Below, piece by piece: positions 10,270 through 19,745 of a stretch of 64,000 nt of DNA. Position 1 is the stretch's first letter, and every line of letters starts with the position of its first letter. The position numbers and the translations under genes were made by a program. Origin of the DNA: an uncultured bacterium (GTDB lineage: Bacteria; Chlamydiota; Chlamydiia; Chlamydiales; JAAKFR01). Location: NCBI GenBank assembly GCA_964588495.1, contig CAZPPS010000002.1, positions 1,108 to 65,107 on the forward strand, in the 5' to 3' direction. Under the pieces are notes generated by a model that worked only from the letters and a program-made list of their open reading frames with translations, made no database searches and was not told the DNA's origin.

Positions 10270-11157
10270 GTGGCAAGCGATAAAAGGTATTACGTCGTTA
10301 GAAGGACGGGAGAGAAAATAGAGGAGCCCATTTGGCGCAAAACGGCTCTCTTTTTTTTGTTTACTTCTAAAATGGGGAGGCCGTTTGGCTTTCTACTTGC
10401 GGAATTTCCCTTTTTTTCGCAGTTGATCGGCTGGTGGTACAGAAAGCCTTGGACCCGAAAAATGATTCCCGATTTTGTGAAGAGATTTGGCATCAATACC
10501 GCCGAATTTGAGCAACCGGTTGAGTCTTACCCCTCTTTCAATGCCTTTTTTGTTCGTGCTTTAAAAAAGGAGTGCAGACCTTTAGCAAATGGGGCCGTTA
10601 TGCCAGCAGATGGGCGGTATCTTTTTTATCAGGACATTTCTATCGCTGATAGTTTTGTAGTGAAAAACAAAAAGTTCTCGGTAGAAAAAATCATTGGAGA
10701 TGAACAGCTTGCAAAATCCTACTCACAGGGGAGTATGGTTCTTATCAATTTGTCTCCTTATGATTGTCACCGTTTCTATTTTCCATGCGACTGCATACCG
10801 GGCCCTTCCCGTCTGATCAACGGTTTTCTTTACCCCACGCATCCATTACTCCTTGTACGAAATATCGCAGCTCTTAGCGAAAACAAGCGGATGATCACCG
10901 AGCTTAAAACGGAAGTTTATGGAACCATTCTTTTTATTGAAATCGGCGCCATGGCTGTCGGTTCTATTCACCAAACCTACGAACCTGGTAGACCCTATAA
11001 AAAAGGGGACGAGAAAGGGTATTTCTCTTTTGGCGGCTCCTCGCTGATCCTTTTATTCGAAAGAGGTAAGATTGAGCTTGCGTCAGACATTCTAGCTCAC
11101 ACGTCAAAGGGTATGGAAACGCTTTGCCGTTTGGGGGAGTCCCTCTCAGAATTTTGA
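10270..11157 (+). CDS. psd: Phosphatidylserine decarboxylase proenzyme
   Basis: 295 aa with a GTG start. It has a PSD-like core (PADGR, SPYDCHRFYFP) and a self-cleavage-type motif FSFGGSS near the C-terminus. Confidence 0.8.
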   Translation: MASDKRYYVVRRTGEKIEEPIWRKTALFFLFTSKMGRPFGFLLAEFPFFSQLIGWWYRKPWTRKMIPDFVKRFGINTAEFEQPVESYPSFNAFFVRALKKECRPLANGAVMPADGRYLFYQDISIADSFVVKNKKFSVEKIIGDEQLAKSYSQGSMVLINLSPYDCHRFYFPCDCIPGPSRLINGFLYPTHPLLLVRNIAALSENKRMITELKTEVYGTILFIEIGAMAVGSIHQTYEPGRPYKKGDEKGYFSFGGSSLILLFERGKIELASDILAHTSKGMETLCRLGESLSEF

Positions 11158-11187
11158 CACGGGCACGGGCAAGGGCACGGGCAGGGG
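11158..11187. repeat. Solo arm of the CACGGG-hexamer repeat family
   Basis: cacgggcacgggcaagggcacgggcagggg lies directly after the psd stop. No convincing partner arm was found. Confidence 0.6.
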
Positions 11188-11246
11188 AATTTTCGGTGAG
11201 ATCTGTTGTTCTTGCAAAAAATGTGTAAAGATGAAAAAAAGGCTGC

Positions 11247-12281
11247 ATGTATTTGACAGACTTTGAGATTCAAAGCCCTCCGTTTGTCTATCCGCAGCAG
11301 GAAGGGTTGGAATTGATGAAGGAGCTCCATAATCTCATGGGGCAGGATGTTTCTGAAAGAATGGATCGGGTCTGTTGCAAGCCGGACAAAATTGGGAAGC
11401 GGCAGACGGTTATTACCAATGAATGGCTGAAGATTGGACGGGGATTTGGGGAGAGGGGGCGCTTTTATCAGACTTTTGTCGATGAAGTGTTCCAGAAGTT
11501 TTATCCGGAAGGTTTAAAAGCTCCAGAAGAGATTATCCATGTGACGTGTACAGGCTACCATTCGCCCAGTAGCGCGCAGAAAATTGTTTTGGAGCGGGGT
11601 TGGCAGGAGGAGACTTTTGTGACACATGCCTACCACATGGGATGTATGGCAGCCCTTCCTGCACTCCGAATCGCCCTTGGAAGTATCAGACGCGCCTTTA
11701 ACCGGGTCGATATTGTCCACACAGAGCTTTGCTCGCTCCATATGAATCCGGCCCTTCATGGTGATGATCAGCTTGTGGCGCAGAGCCTTTTTGCGGATGG
11801 TTTGATCAAATATTCGTGTGTGCATAAGCCCAATAAAGCTGCGCTAAAAGTTTTAACTGTTTACGAGGAGTTGATTCCCGATACCGCTGACAAAATGAAA
11901 TGGGAATGTGAAGATTGGGGTCTTAAAATGACTTTGGCCAAAGAAATCCCGATTTTAATTGGGAGATCCATTCATTCTTTTGTCCAAAAGTTGGAGCAAA
12001 AAAGCGGAGTTGATCTTGAGAAGGCTCACTATGCGATTCATCCAGGAGGGCCCAAGATTATTGAGATGATTGGAAAACAGCTCAATCTGTCCTGCTCACA
12101 ATTAAAAACTTCTGAGAAAATTCTTTACGAACATGGCAATATGTCCTCGGCAACATTGCCCCACATCTGGGATCAGATGCTCCGTGACCCTGAAATTAAA
12201 CCGAATAGTCATATCGTGGGGCTCGCTTTTGGCCCCGGTCTTTGTATGGCAGGCGCTGTCCTGCAAAAGGTGGAAGTATGA
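11247..12281 (+). CDS. Type III polyketide synthase (chalcone/stilbene synthase superfamily)
   Basis: The catalytic triad contexts are visible: HVTCTGYHSPS (Cys), YAIHPGGPKII (His) and HGNMSSATLPHIW (Asn). The C-terminal GLAFGPGL motif is also present. 344 aa. Confidence 0.88.
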   Translation: MYLTDFEIQSPPFVYPQQEGLELMKELHNLMGQDVSERMDRVCCKPDKIGKRQTVITNEWLKIGRGFGERGRFYQTFVDEVFQKFYPEGLKAPEEIIHVTCTGYHSPSSAQKIVLERGWQEETFVTHAYHMGCMAALPALRIALGSIRRAFNRVDIVHTELCSLHMNPALHGDDQLVAQSLFADGLIKYSCVHKPNKAALKVLTVYEELIPDTADKMKWECEDWGLKMTLAKEIPILIGRSIHSFVQKLEQKSGVDLEKAHYAIHPGGPKIIEMIGKQLNLSCSQLKTSEKILYEHGNMSSATLPHIWDQMLRDPEIKPNSHIVGLAFGPGLCMAGAVLQKVEV

Positions 12282-12724
12282 AATGGATCTATCTCACTTT
12301 AATCCCTTTTCTTGTACAAGCAGTTGTCATTGGATATGATGAGTTTCACTTTCATATCAAGAGGGGACTGCCCCGCTGGGAAAGAATTGGCCATCCTTTA
12401 GACACTTTCAGCGTTGTTTTGTCTTTGGCCTTTGTTCTGATTTTTCCTTACACCAAATCGTGGCTAATTCACTATATTATCCTTGCCACCGTTTCGTGTT
12501 TGCTCGTCACAAAAGATGAATTTGTCCACAAAGAGCACTGCGATGCCAAAGAGCAATGGCTCCATGCCCTTTTGTTTCTCAACCACCCTCTTGTCTTGAT
12601 CAGTTTGGGTCTTTTGTGGGCAGATGGGGGATTTAAATCCTTTTTGATTGTGCAGCTGGGCTTTGCAGCGTGCTTTTGTCTCTATCAACTCATTTACTGG
12701 AACCTCATATGGAAAGAAAAGTAA
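12278..12724 (+). CDS. Small 4-TM membrane protein with paired DEFHxH / DEFVHKEH motifs
   Basis: The MKWIYLTLIPFLV start at ATG 12278 forms an ATGA overlap with the PKS stop. Motifs are YDEFHFHIKRG, KDEFVHKEHC and WLHALLFLNHP. No family was recognised. Confidence 0.6.
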   Translation: MKWIYLTLIPFLVQAVVIGYDEFHFHIKRGLPRWERIGHPLDTFSVVLSLAFVLIFPYTKSWLIHYIILATVSCLLVTKDEFVHKEHCDAKEQWLHALLFLNHPLVLISLGLLWADGGFKSFLIVQLGFAACFCLYQLIYWNLIWKEK

Positions 12725-13473
12725 TCAACAACGCCTTCTACGATGATTTGGGAAGCAAATGGTACGAAGCTGACGATCATCCTATCGCATTATTACGTGC
12801 CGAGAATAGGGCCAGAGCCCCTTGGGTTGCAGACAAAATCAAACAACATTTCAAAGAAAAGAAATGCAACGTCCTTGACATGGGCTGTGGGGCTGGTTTT
12901 TTGAGTAATACTCTTGCTCAAAAGGGGTTTCAGGTCACAGGAATTGATCTTTCTGAGGGAAGTTTGTCGGTTGCTCGGGAAAATGACACAACAGGGACAG
13001 TTTGCTATCAACATGCCGATGCCAATGCGCTTCCTTTTAAAGCGGCCCAATTCGATATCGCCTGCGCGATGGATGTTCTAGAACATGTCGAATCGCCACT
13101 CCAGCTGATCACAGAAGCTGCGCGTGTCCTTAAAAGCGGCGGAATGTTTTTTTTCCACACGTTTAACCGCAACTGGTTCAGCTATCTTTTTGCCCTTAAA
13201 GGAATGGAATGGTTTGTCCCCAACATGCCGGCCAATATCCATCTCTACCGGCTCTTTATTAAGCCAAGGGAGCTTGCCGATCATTTGAAGAATTGCTCTT
13301 TCCAAATCTCAGAAATCCATGGCCTGATGCCCACCATCGACAAAGCTTTCTTCAAACTTTTGATGAAAAGAGAGATCCCTTCCGATTTTTCCTTTAAAAT
13401 TGTCCCCTCTTTGAAATGTGGCTACATGGGCTACGCAATAAAAAATTCGAAAATGATTTTTGGCGCAAGGTGA
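12709..13473 (+). CDS. Class I SAM-dependent methyltransferase (UbiG-like O-methyltransferase)
   Basis: Motif I VLDMGCGAGFLS, motif post-I GIDLSEG, and a DIACAMDVLEHV segment. ATG 12709 overlaps the preceding CDS by 16 nt. Confidence 0.85.
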   Translation: MERKVINNAFYDDLGSKWYEADDHPIALLRAENRARAPWVADKIKQHFKEKKCNVLDMGCGAGFLSNTLAQKGFQVTGIDLSEGSLSVARENDTTGTVCYQHADANALPFKAAQFDIACAMDVLEHVESPLQLITEAARVLKSGGMFFFHTFNRNWFSYLFALKGMEWFVPNMPANIHLYRLFIKPRELADHLKNCSFQISEIHGLMPTIDKAFFKLLMKREIPSDFSFKIVPSLKCGYMGYAIKNSKMIFGAR

Positions 13474-13539
13474 GTTCAAGCTTGGGTTTTTTGTAACCAT
13501 CTCCTAGAATAACCGCTGATTTTTAGGAGATTTCATCGC

Positions 13540-14022
13540 ATGGACAAACCACACCCCATCCCAGAAGGCTATCATACAGTGACCCCTTATCTGATCGTCA
13601 AAGGGGCCGATCAAGCCATTGAATTTTATAAAAAAGCTTTTGGGGCGATCCTTTTAGAGAGACATCCCGCTCCTGATGGCCGTGTGATGAATGCTGCCAT
13701 GAGAATTGGCAATTCCATTGTGATGCTCTCAGATGAATTTCCAGAAAGTAGCTGCGGCGTGGGTTCTCCAAGTACAGTAAAAGGGAGCACGGTGATGTTG
13801 CATCTCTATGTCGAAGATGTGGATGCTTTTTTTGCGCAGGCACAAGAAGCGGGGGGCAAAGTGAAAATGCCTCTTTTGGACGCTTTTTGGGGAGACCGTT
13901 ATGGCCAGCTTGAAGATCCTTTTGGCCATATCTGGTCGATGGCAACACGCATTGCCGATCAGACACCCGAAGAGGCCAAAGCCAAGGCGGACGAATTTTT
14001 GCAAAGTTTAAAGCCGGAATAG
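13540..14022 (+). CDS. VOC (glyoxalase/bleomycin-resistance, PhnB-like) family protein
   Basis: The N-terminus GYHTVTPYLIVKGADQAIEFYKKAFGA and the C-terminal FWGDRYGQLEDPFGHIWS are typical of PhnB-like VOC proteins. Confidence 0.8.
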   Translation: MDKPHPIPEGYHTVTPYLIVKGADQAIEFYKKAFGAILLERHPAPDGRVMNAAMRIGNSIVMLSDEFPESSCGVGSPSTVKGSTVMLHLYVEDVDAFFAQAQEAGGKVKMPLLDAFWGDRYGQLEDPFGHIWSMATRIADQTPEEAKAKADEFLQSLKPE

Positions 14023-14032
14023 TCAGGTTAAT

Positions 14033-14632
14033 ATGGCCAAACTCTATTTTCGTTACGGGACAGTTGGTAGTGCAAAGACCCTCAATTTGTTAGCTGTTGC
14101 CCACAATTACCGCCAGCAGAATAAAAAAGTCTTGCTGGTCAAGCCAGCTCTCGATGTCAGATTTGGGAAAAGTCATATCAAATCAAGGGCAGGACTGGAA
14201 CAAGTGGCCGACATTTTGGTGGAACAAGACACTAATCTTTTTGAGCATAACTTTTATGGAGTGGACTGTCTTTTAGTCGATGAAGCACAATTTCTCCCAG
14301 AAAGTGTGATCGATCAGCTCCGTGCCATCACTTATAGACTCAATATTCCAGTTATTTGTTACGGCCTACGCTCTGATTTTCGCACAAGGCTCTTTATAGC
14401 CTCCAAAAGATTGATGGAGCTTGCCGATTCTATCGAGGAGATTAAAGCCACCTGCTACTTCTGTAATAAAAAAAGTATCGTGAATCTCAAACATGTCAAC
14501 GGCAAAGCCAACATTTCTGGCCCCACGATCCAGCTGGGCGCTGAAGAGACCTATTTCCCCGCCTGCTACGGCTGCTACTCCCACCAGCTCCAAGATGCCG
14601 GCGAGCTATCGGTCTGCGCAACAGTACCTTAA
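14033..14632 (+). CDS. tdk: Thymidine kinase
   Basis: P-loop YGTVGSAKT, LVDEAQF, and a zinc ribbon CYFCNKK...CYGCY. Confidence 0.9.
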   Translation: MAKLYFRYGTVGSAKTLNLLAVAHNYRQQNKKVLLVKPALDVRFGKSHIKSRAGLEQVADILVEQDTNLFEHNFYGVDCLLVDEAQFLPESVIDQLRAITYRLNIPVICYGLRSDFRTRLFIASKRLMELADSIEEIKATCYFCNKKSIVNLKHVNGKANISGPTIQLGAEETYFPACYGCYSHQLQDAGELSVCATVP

Positions 14633-14633
14633 C

Positions 14634-14755
14634 CTTCCTGGAGTGCGGGGATTATTCGCCATCTGCCTAAATCTGAGCATCCTAAGTTTTTCAACACACC
14701 CCAGTTTTCTTGCCAATTGAAGGACCGCGAAGAATCGCCGCATTCCAGGAGAGCT
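14634..14755. repeat. Inverted repeat of the GGAGTGCGGCGA-type family (family C)
   Basis: cctggagtgcggggattattcgc (14639-14661) pairs with gcgaagaatcgccgcattccagg (14728-14750) at about 20/23 positions. The spacer is about 66 nt. The element lies directly after the tdk stop. Confidence 0.6.
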
Positions 14756-14898
14756 TTTCTTAATTATCCTTTATTAAGTCACTCATTTTAAAATACTTTT
14801 TTTCTGAATTGTATAATTTTGTTTTGAATCATATTAGAAAATATGGAGATAATAACTATATGAGAGTTTGAATACTAAGGATTTATAAAAATCGGGTC

Positions 14899-17067
14899 AT
14901 GCATAGGCGCTGGCACGGAGGAGGAGTTATGAAGGACAGAGGCGCAATCAATATTCTAGATGCCCTGGAGAATCTCAACACTCTAGTCGATGCCAAGTCG
15001 CTCGATGAGATTGAGGTGACAGATGATTCCCTATTGATCTCCCACAAAGAAGAGGGAAATGGGGTTTTCTGGATCAAGGCAGGTCCTGATGAACAAACCC
15101 TTGTTGCCATTCGAAATACCTTCCGCTCTGTCCATACTTATCTCCAAACGTTTTATTCCCGCATGAAAAGTGGGGGAGACACCAAGCGCCTTGTAGAAGG
15201 GATCAACACCATCATGGTCCTTGTCGGCGAATCTGTGAAAAATCTGGAGAAAATCGGACTCCTCTTTGCCGAGCGGGTCAGCGATATTGACGAGTACAAG
15301 GAGCTGCAACATTTCTATAAAAATCGGGTGATCAAAGAATCCTTCAAAGAATTTGCCATGAGGCCGATGCCCAAGGTCAAGCCAACCGTTGAAAAAGAGG
15401 AACAGCAGGAAGAAGAGGAGTTGAAAGCCCTTCTTGAAGAGGATGAAGTTGAAGAAGTTGCAGGCGTTCATATCTTAAATGATATTGAAGTGATCAAACG
15501 GGACCATCACTATGAGCTATTTTATTTAAAAAACGAGGCGGGAGCCCATTTTTATTCCTGGCAACTGGCCCGTACGATCAAGCTGGCGTGTGATTTTGGC
15601 GAATACTCCAAAGAGTACTTTGGCGAAGACCCCCTTCTACAGATAAAAAACTGGGAAGATAAGAGCTTGCACATACTTGCAAATACCATTTTAAAAAAAT
15701 GCCACGTTTTGACTGAATCTTTCTACAAAGAAGCGTTGAAATATAGAGAAATGGATGTGGTTGCAGGTGTGCATAATGCCTTGATGGCTTTGATGCTCTG
15801 CTCAAACCCGCGCAATATGATTCGTCAATTTTCTCTCAAAGGATGCCATCTTTATTTCCATGACTTTTTGATCTTTTTGAGAGAGACTCTAAATAATCGG
15901 GAATATCAAAAGTTTGTAGTCTATTCTTCACCTCAAAGCAAACCTTTTTTCCAAGTTCTGATCGATCTTGTCCATGCCCTTTGCTACAACTTGTTTACCT
16001 CTCATCTATTTGACGATGAGCTCAAAGGCTCCATCAAGCAGATGGTAGAACGCTCGGAACCTAAAGCGCCTAAACACTTCTCCGAAATGCTCTTGAAAGC
16101 CCACGAGGCTCTCATCGCCGCCTTAAAAATGCATCCCAATGGACCCGTTTTTAAAGCTGTCGATATCATTCGGGACGAAGAAGAGTACTTTTTTGACCCT
16201 TTAATTCAGGGAAATATTCCCTCGAAGGAATGGGTCATACAAAGGGGAGAACACGCGCAAACAAGTGCTTTGCGGATGCCCTGTCCTATTCAGCAGGAGA
16301 TGATCAACAAAGCCTATGTGACAGCGGAATTTAAGACATTTTTGAGCACAATGAATGCTAAAGAAAGTCTTCTTTTCATCAACTATCAAGATAGGACCTC
16401 CTGGAAAGAACATGCCAGATCTGTGGCTATGGAAGAGCTTGGTACGCAAGCTGAGTTTGCACATGCTTTTCAAATAGTGACGCTTGCCAAAGACACAGAT
16501 TTTTACAATCAGAGCGGATATTATGAAGATATTGAGGAAGCTGCCGATTTTCTAGAGCTTTTTGAAGAACATTTGGGCGATGAAGCGACAGGTTATTACT
16601 TCCCTCCTAAAATCAAAAAACTGCTATTCCCAAAATTTATCCAAGATCTTCTCCCTCAAATCCATGCCACTTTTTTTGCGCATAAAAAACGGCTCTCTTT
16701 TATGGACCGTTTGGACTTTATCCAACTGACCTATCACTTTATCGAACTCAAGCTCTTAGAGCTGATTAAACCTACCTATGTCAGCTTCGGCTCCAAAGAT
16801 GGTCTTGATATCAGCGGAGCTGCAAGTGTGGGAATGATCGCCCTCTTAAGCCTCGATAAAGGGAAGAAATTCAATGAGGAAGAGCAGGATAGGCTGAATA
16901 CGCTGCTCTTTGGGCCTACTCTGATCAACCGGGAAAGAAGCATTCACCCTGAGCGCTTTACAAGGCTGTTATCATTAGTCGCCCTTCTCGAACACCACAA
17001 AAACTACCTCAAAGCCTTTTCGCACCTTTTCGAGAAAGATACCCTGAAGTGGTCTGTTGACCTATAA
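14899..17067 (+). CDS. Hypothetical protein (large, acidic, helical)
   Basis: A 722-aa ORF with uniform coding character and no overlapping competitor of similar length. The start could be ATG 14929 (MKDRGAINIL). No family was recognised. Confidence 0.6.
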   Translation: MHRRWHGGGVMKDRGAINILDALENLNTLVDAKSLDEIEVTDDSLLISHKEEGNGVFWIKAGPDEQTLVAIRNTFRSVHTYLQTFYSRMKSGGDTKRLVEGINTIMVLVGESVKNLEKIGLLFAERVSDIDEYKELQHFYKNRVIKESFKEFAMRPMPKVKPTVEKEEQQEEEELKALLEEDEVEEVAGVHILNDIEVIKRDHHYELFYLKNEAGAHFYSWQLARTIKLACDFGEYSKEYFGEDPLLQIKNWEDKSLHILANTILKKCHVLTESFYKEALKYREMDVVAGVHNALMALMLCSNPRNMIRQFSLKGCHLYFHDFLIFLRETLNNREYQKFVVYSSPQSKPFFQVLIDLVHALCYNLFTSHLFDDELKGSIKQMVERSEPKAPKHFSEMLLKAHEALIAALKMHPNGPVFKAVDIIRDEEEYFFDPLIQGNIPSKEWVIQRGEHAQTSALRMPCPIQQEMINKAYVTAEFKTFLSTMNAKESLLFINYQDRTSWKEHARSVAMEELGTQAEFAHAFQIVTLAKDTDFYNQSGYYEDIEEAADFLELFEEHLGDEATGYYFPPKIKKLLFPKFIQDLLPQIHATFFAHKKRLSFMDRLDFIQLTYHFIELKLLELIKPTYVSFGSKDGLDISGAASVGMIALLSLDKGKKFNEEEQDRLNTLLFGPTLINRERSIHPERFTRLLSLVALLEHHKNYLKAFSHLFEKDTLKWSVDL

Positions 17068-17070
17068 AAG

Positions 17071-17112
17071 CCTTCCTGGAGTGCGGCGATTCTTCGCCGC
17101 CCTCCAGGAAGG
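17071..17112. terminator. Family C hairpin between convergent genes (bidirectional terminator candidate)
   Basis: ccttcctggag-tgcggcgattcttcgccgcc-ctccaggaagg has an 11-bp outer stem plus an inner ggcga/tcgcc stem. It lies between the stops at 17067 (+) and 17114 (-). Confidence 0.55.
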
Positions 17113-17113
17113 T

Positions 17114-18631
17114 CTAGAATCCGTAGATGTCTTTGTATTTAGTGTTTAAGTATTCTAGATAGGGTGTCTCTCTCAGTTTGTGGCCGCTGATTTGTTTGAC
17201 GAGCTCGGGGGCGGTGAAGGTGCGGCCGTGCTGGTGGATATTTTCTCTCAGCCATTCTCTTAGGAAGAGGAGATCTCCTTTGGCTACCTGGTTTTCCCAT
17301 TTGGGAAAATCTTTTTCGAAGGCTTCGAAGAAATGGGCGGCGTAGAGATTCCCGAGGGTGTAGGTGGGGAAATAGCCGAAGGCTCCCATCGACCAATGGA
17401 TATCTTGAAGACATCCTTCTGTGTCGTTTGAGGGGATAATGCCGAGATATTTTTCCATGAGGCTATTCCAGGCGTCCGGAAGATCTTTGATGGCCAGTTT
17501 TCCTTCAATCAACTGCTTTTCAAGCTCAAAGCGGATGATGACGTGGATCGAATAGGTCACCTCATCCGATTCGACCCGGATAAATGTGGGAGCTACTTTA
17601 TTAATGCCCCGGTAAAACTGCTCTAAATTCACCTTTTCGAGAGGTTTGAACTCCTTTTTGAGAAGGGGAAGGAAGTGTTTCCAAAAGGGTTTGCTCTGGC
17701 CGATCCGTGTTTCCCAAAGACGGGACTGACTTTCATGAATTCCAAGTGAAACCGCTTCACAAAGAGGGGAGCCGTAGTATTCGGGGTTCAATCCCATTTC
17801 ATAAAGGCTATGCCCTCCTTCGTGTAGTACAGCAGAGATGGAGTCGTATAAAGAGCTTTTGTGAATGCGCGTTGTGACTCTAGAATCATGAGGATGGAGC
17901 GCCATCGAAAAAGGGTGGCTGGAAAGATCGAGTCTTCCCTTATCCATCTCATAGCCCATCGCTTCAAGAAGAAGATTTCCAAACTTTAACTGTTTATCTG
18001 CCGAAAACTTGCCATGCAAAAAAGCATCGTTTACAGGTTTGGCCGCTTGAATTTTTCCCAAAAGTTCCAAAATCGATTTTTTCAGCTTTTTAAAAAGGGT
18101 CTCAATCTCAGCCGTTTTCGCTTCAGGTTCAAAACAATCTAAAAGAGCATCATAGGGATGATCTTTATAGCCCAGATACTCAGCTTTTTGTTTGGACATT
18201 TCGATGATTTTTTCAAGATAGGGGGCAAAATCTGAAAATTTGTTCCCTTTTTTGGCATTTTGCCAGGCTACAATTGATTCCGAAGAGAGTTTGGCAAAGG
18301 CTTTAACAAAGGTATTTGGAATAGCCGATGCCTTGATAAAGTCTCTACGCCATTCTCTCAGCGCTGCCTGTTCAGCAAAAGATAGATCGTGCGCTTTGAT
18401 CTTCCCACTTTCCAAATCGATGAGCTTGGAAAGGGCTTTTTCAAAGGCTTTGCTCGTTTTTTCTTCGTGAGCGAGCCCCGCTGTCAGCTCCAATTGCTCT
18501 GCCCTAACAAGATTCCCTTTTGAGGGCATATACGTTTCCTGATCCCATTCCAAAAGATGGGCGATACTCTCAAGTACGCGGGCTTTTTTAGAGAGGGAAT
18601 GCAGAGCTTGGTAATCTTTCTGGGAGCTCAT
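17114..18631 (-). CDS. Carboxypeptidase M32 (Taq-type thermostable carboxypeptidase family)
   Basis: HEGGHSLYE zinc motif, plus HESQSRLWE, DIHWS and GYFPTYTLGNLYAA signatures. Confidence 0.9.
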   Translation of the reverse strand: MSSQKDYQALHSLSKKARVLESIAHLLEWDQETYMPSKGNLVRAEQLELTAGLAHEEKTSKAFEKALSKLIDLESGKIKAHDLSFAEQAALREWRRDFIKASAIPNTFVKAFAKLSSESIVAWQNAKKGNKFSDFAPYLEKIIEMSKQKAEYLGYKDHPYDALLDCFEPEAKTAEIETLFKKLKKSILELLGKIQAAKPVNDAFLHGKFSADKQLKFGNLLLEAMGYEMDKGRLDLSSHPFSMALHPHDSRVTTRIHKSSLYDSISAVLHEGGHSLYEMGLNPEYYGSPLCEAVSLGIHESQSRLWETRIGQSKPFWKHFLPLLKKEFKPLEKVNLEQFYRGINKVAPTFIRVESDEVTYSIHVIIRFELEKQLIEGKLAIKDLPDAWNSLMEKYLGIIPSNDTEGCLQDIHWSMGAFGYFPTYTLGNLYAAHFFEAFEKDFPKWENQVAKGDLLFLREWLRENIHQHGRTFTAPELVKQISGHKLRETPYLEYLNTKYKDIYGF

Positions 18632-19745
18632 CCTGGTCCTTTCCGGTTGTCATGATTAATGGGGGATTTGTCCATATTCTTTTAACACGTGATGGTATGT
18701 TAACGAGCAATTCTCGCACATCAGTTTTTGCCCACGTAGCGAGAAGTTCAGCAGAAAGGCCGGGGCCAAAAATAATGACCTCATCGCCCACTTCCGCTTC
18801 GGGAATTTCTGTAAGGTCGATCATCATGAAATCCATGCAGATGGTTCCCACCATGGGAGCTTGTTTGTCCCGAATCAAAACGTACCCTTTGTTTGAAAGG
18901 GCTCGGGGAAGGCCATCGTAATAGCCCACAGGAATGACTCCAATACGGGCATTGTCCTTTTGATTCGTGTATGAGCAGTTATAGCCAACAGTTTCCCCTT
19001 TTTCGATCTGGCCGATAGAAGCTAGGCGTGTTGTGAAGCTCAAAGCAGGGGAAGATCCCTCAAGGCATTTTCCATAACCTGTAATCCCTAAGCCAATTCT
19101 GACAAGATTACAGAAAGGGAGCTCAAAGCGGACAGCAGCTGCCGAATTAGCTGCGTGGATCCACCGGGGCAGCTCAGGAAGAGAGCTCATAAAGCTTTTA
19201 AATTGTTCGATTTGCCTATGAGAGATCGCATCCAAATCGGTAGCTTCAGCTCCCACAAAATGGGTCATGATCCCTTCTAAACACAAGTGAGAGCTCTTTT
19301 TTATAGCATGATAGAGATTTTCAGCACTTGTTATGGAAGCCCCAAAACGGCTCATGCCGGTGTTGAGGTGGAGATGGACGTCGACAGTTTTCCCTTCTTT
19401 ATGAGCTGCTAGCTCAAGGGCTTCTATCTCATCTATTGAGCTGACGGCGCAGGTAAGGTCATAGCGCACAGCTAGTTCTGCATCATAAGGGGGAACCGAA
19501 ATGACAAATAAGGGGAGCTCGATTCCCGATTCTCTTAAGTAAAGCCCTTCAGAAACATGTGAGACGCCTAAATAGGGTATGTGGGTCCCTTGAGTTTTCT
19601 GTAGAAATTTGCTTAGCCAAATCGCATCTGTTCCATACGCATTTGCTTTGACCATTACCATCACATTGCCGAACATGCGGACGAGCTGCTTGAGATTCGT
19701 GTCGATGATCGAAAGGTCGATTGTAAGGAAGCTAGAGTTTGGCAT
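18588..19745 (-). CDS. alr: Alanine racemase
   Basis: The PLP-lysine context VMVKANAYGTD and the C-terminal beta-domain are present. The start is taken as ATG 19743-19745 (MPNSSFLTIDL), giving 385 aa. The longer ORF-track start overlaps lptG. Confidence 0.85.
   Translation of the reverse strand: MPNSSFLTIDLSIIDTNLKQLVRMFGNVMVMVKANAYGTDAIWLSKFLQKTQGTHIPYLGVSHVSEGLYLRESGIELPLFVISVPPYDAELAVRYDLTCAVSSIDEIEALELAAHKEGKTVDVHLHLNTGMSRFGASITSAENLYHAIKKSSHLCLEGIMTHFVGAEATDLDAISHRQIEQFKSFMSSLPELPRWIHAANSAAAVRFELPFCNLVRIGLGITGYGKCLEGSSPALSFTTRLASIGQIEKGETVGYNCSYTNQKDNARIGVIPVGYYDGLPRALSNKGYVLIRDKQAPMVGTICMDFMMIDLTEIPEAEVGDEVIIFGPGLSAELLATWAKTDVRELLVNIPSRVKRIWTNPPLIMTTGKDQDELPERLPSSAFPL

Noticed and set aside
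13474-13539. Possible terminator after the methyltransferase (aagctt palindrome followed by ggtttttt; ctccta...taggag).
   Set aside because: The stems are only 6-7 bp with poor geometry, which is not convincing enough to annotate.
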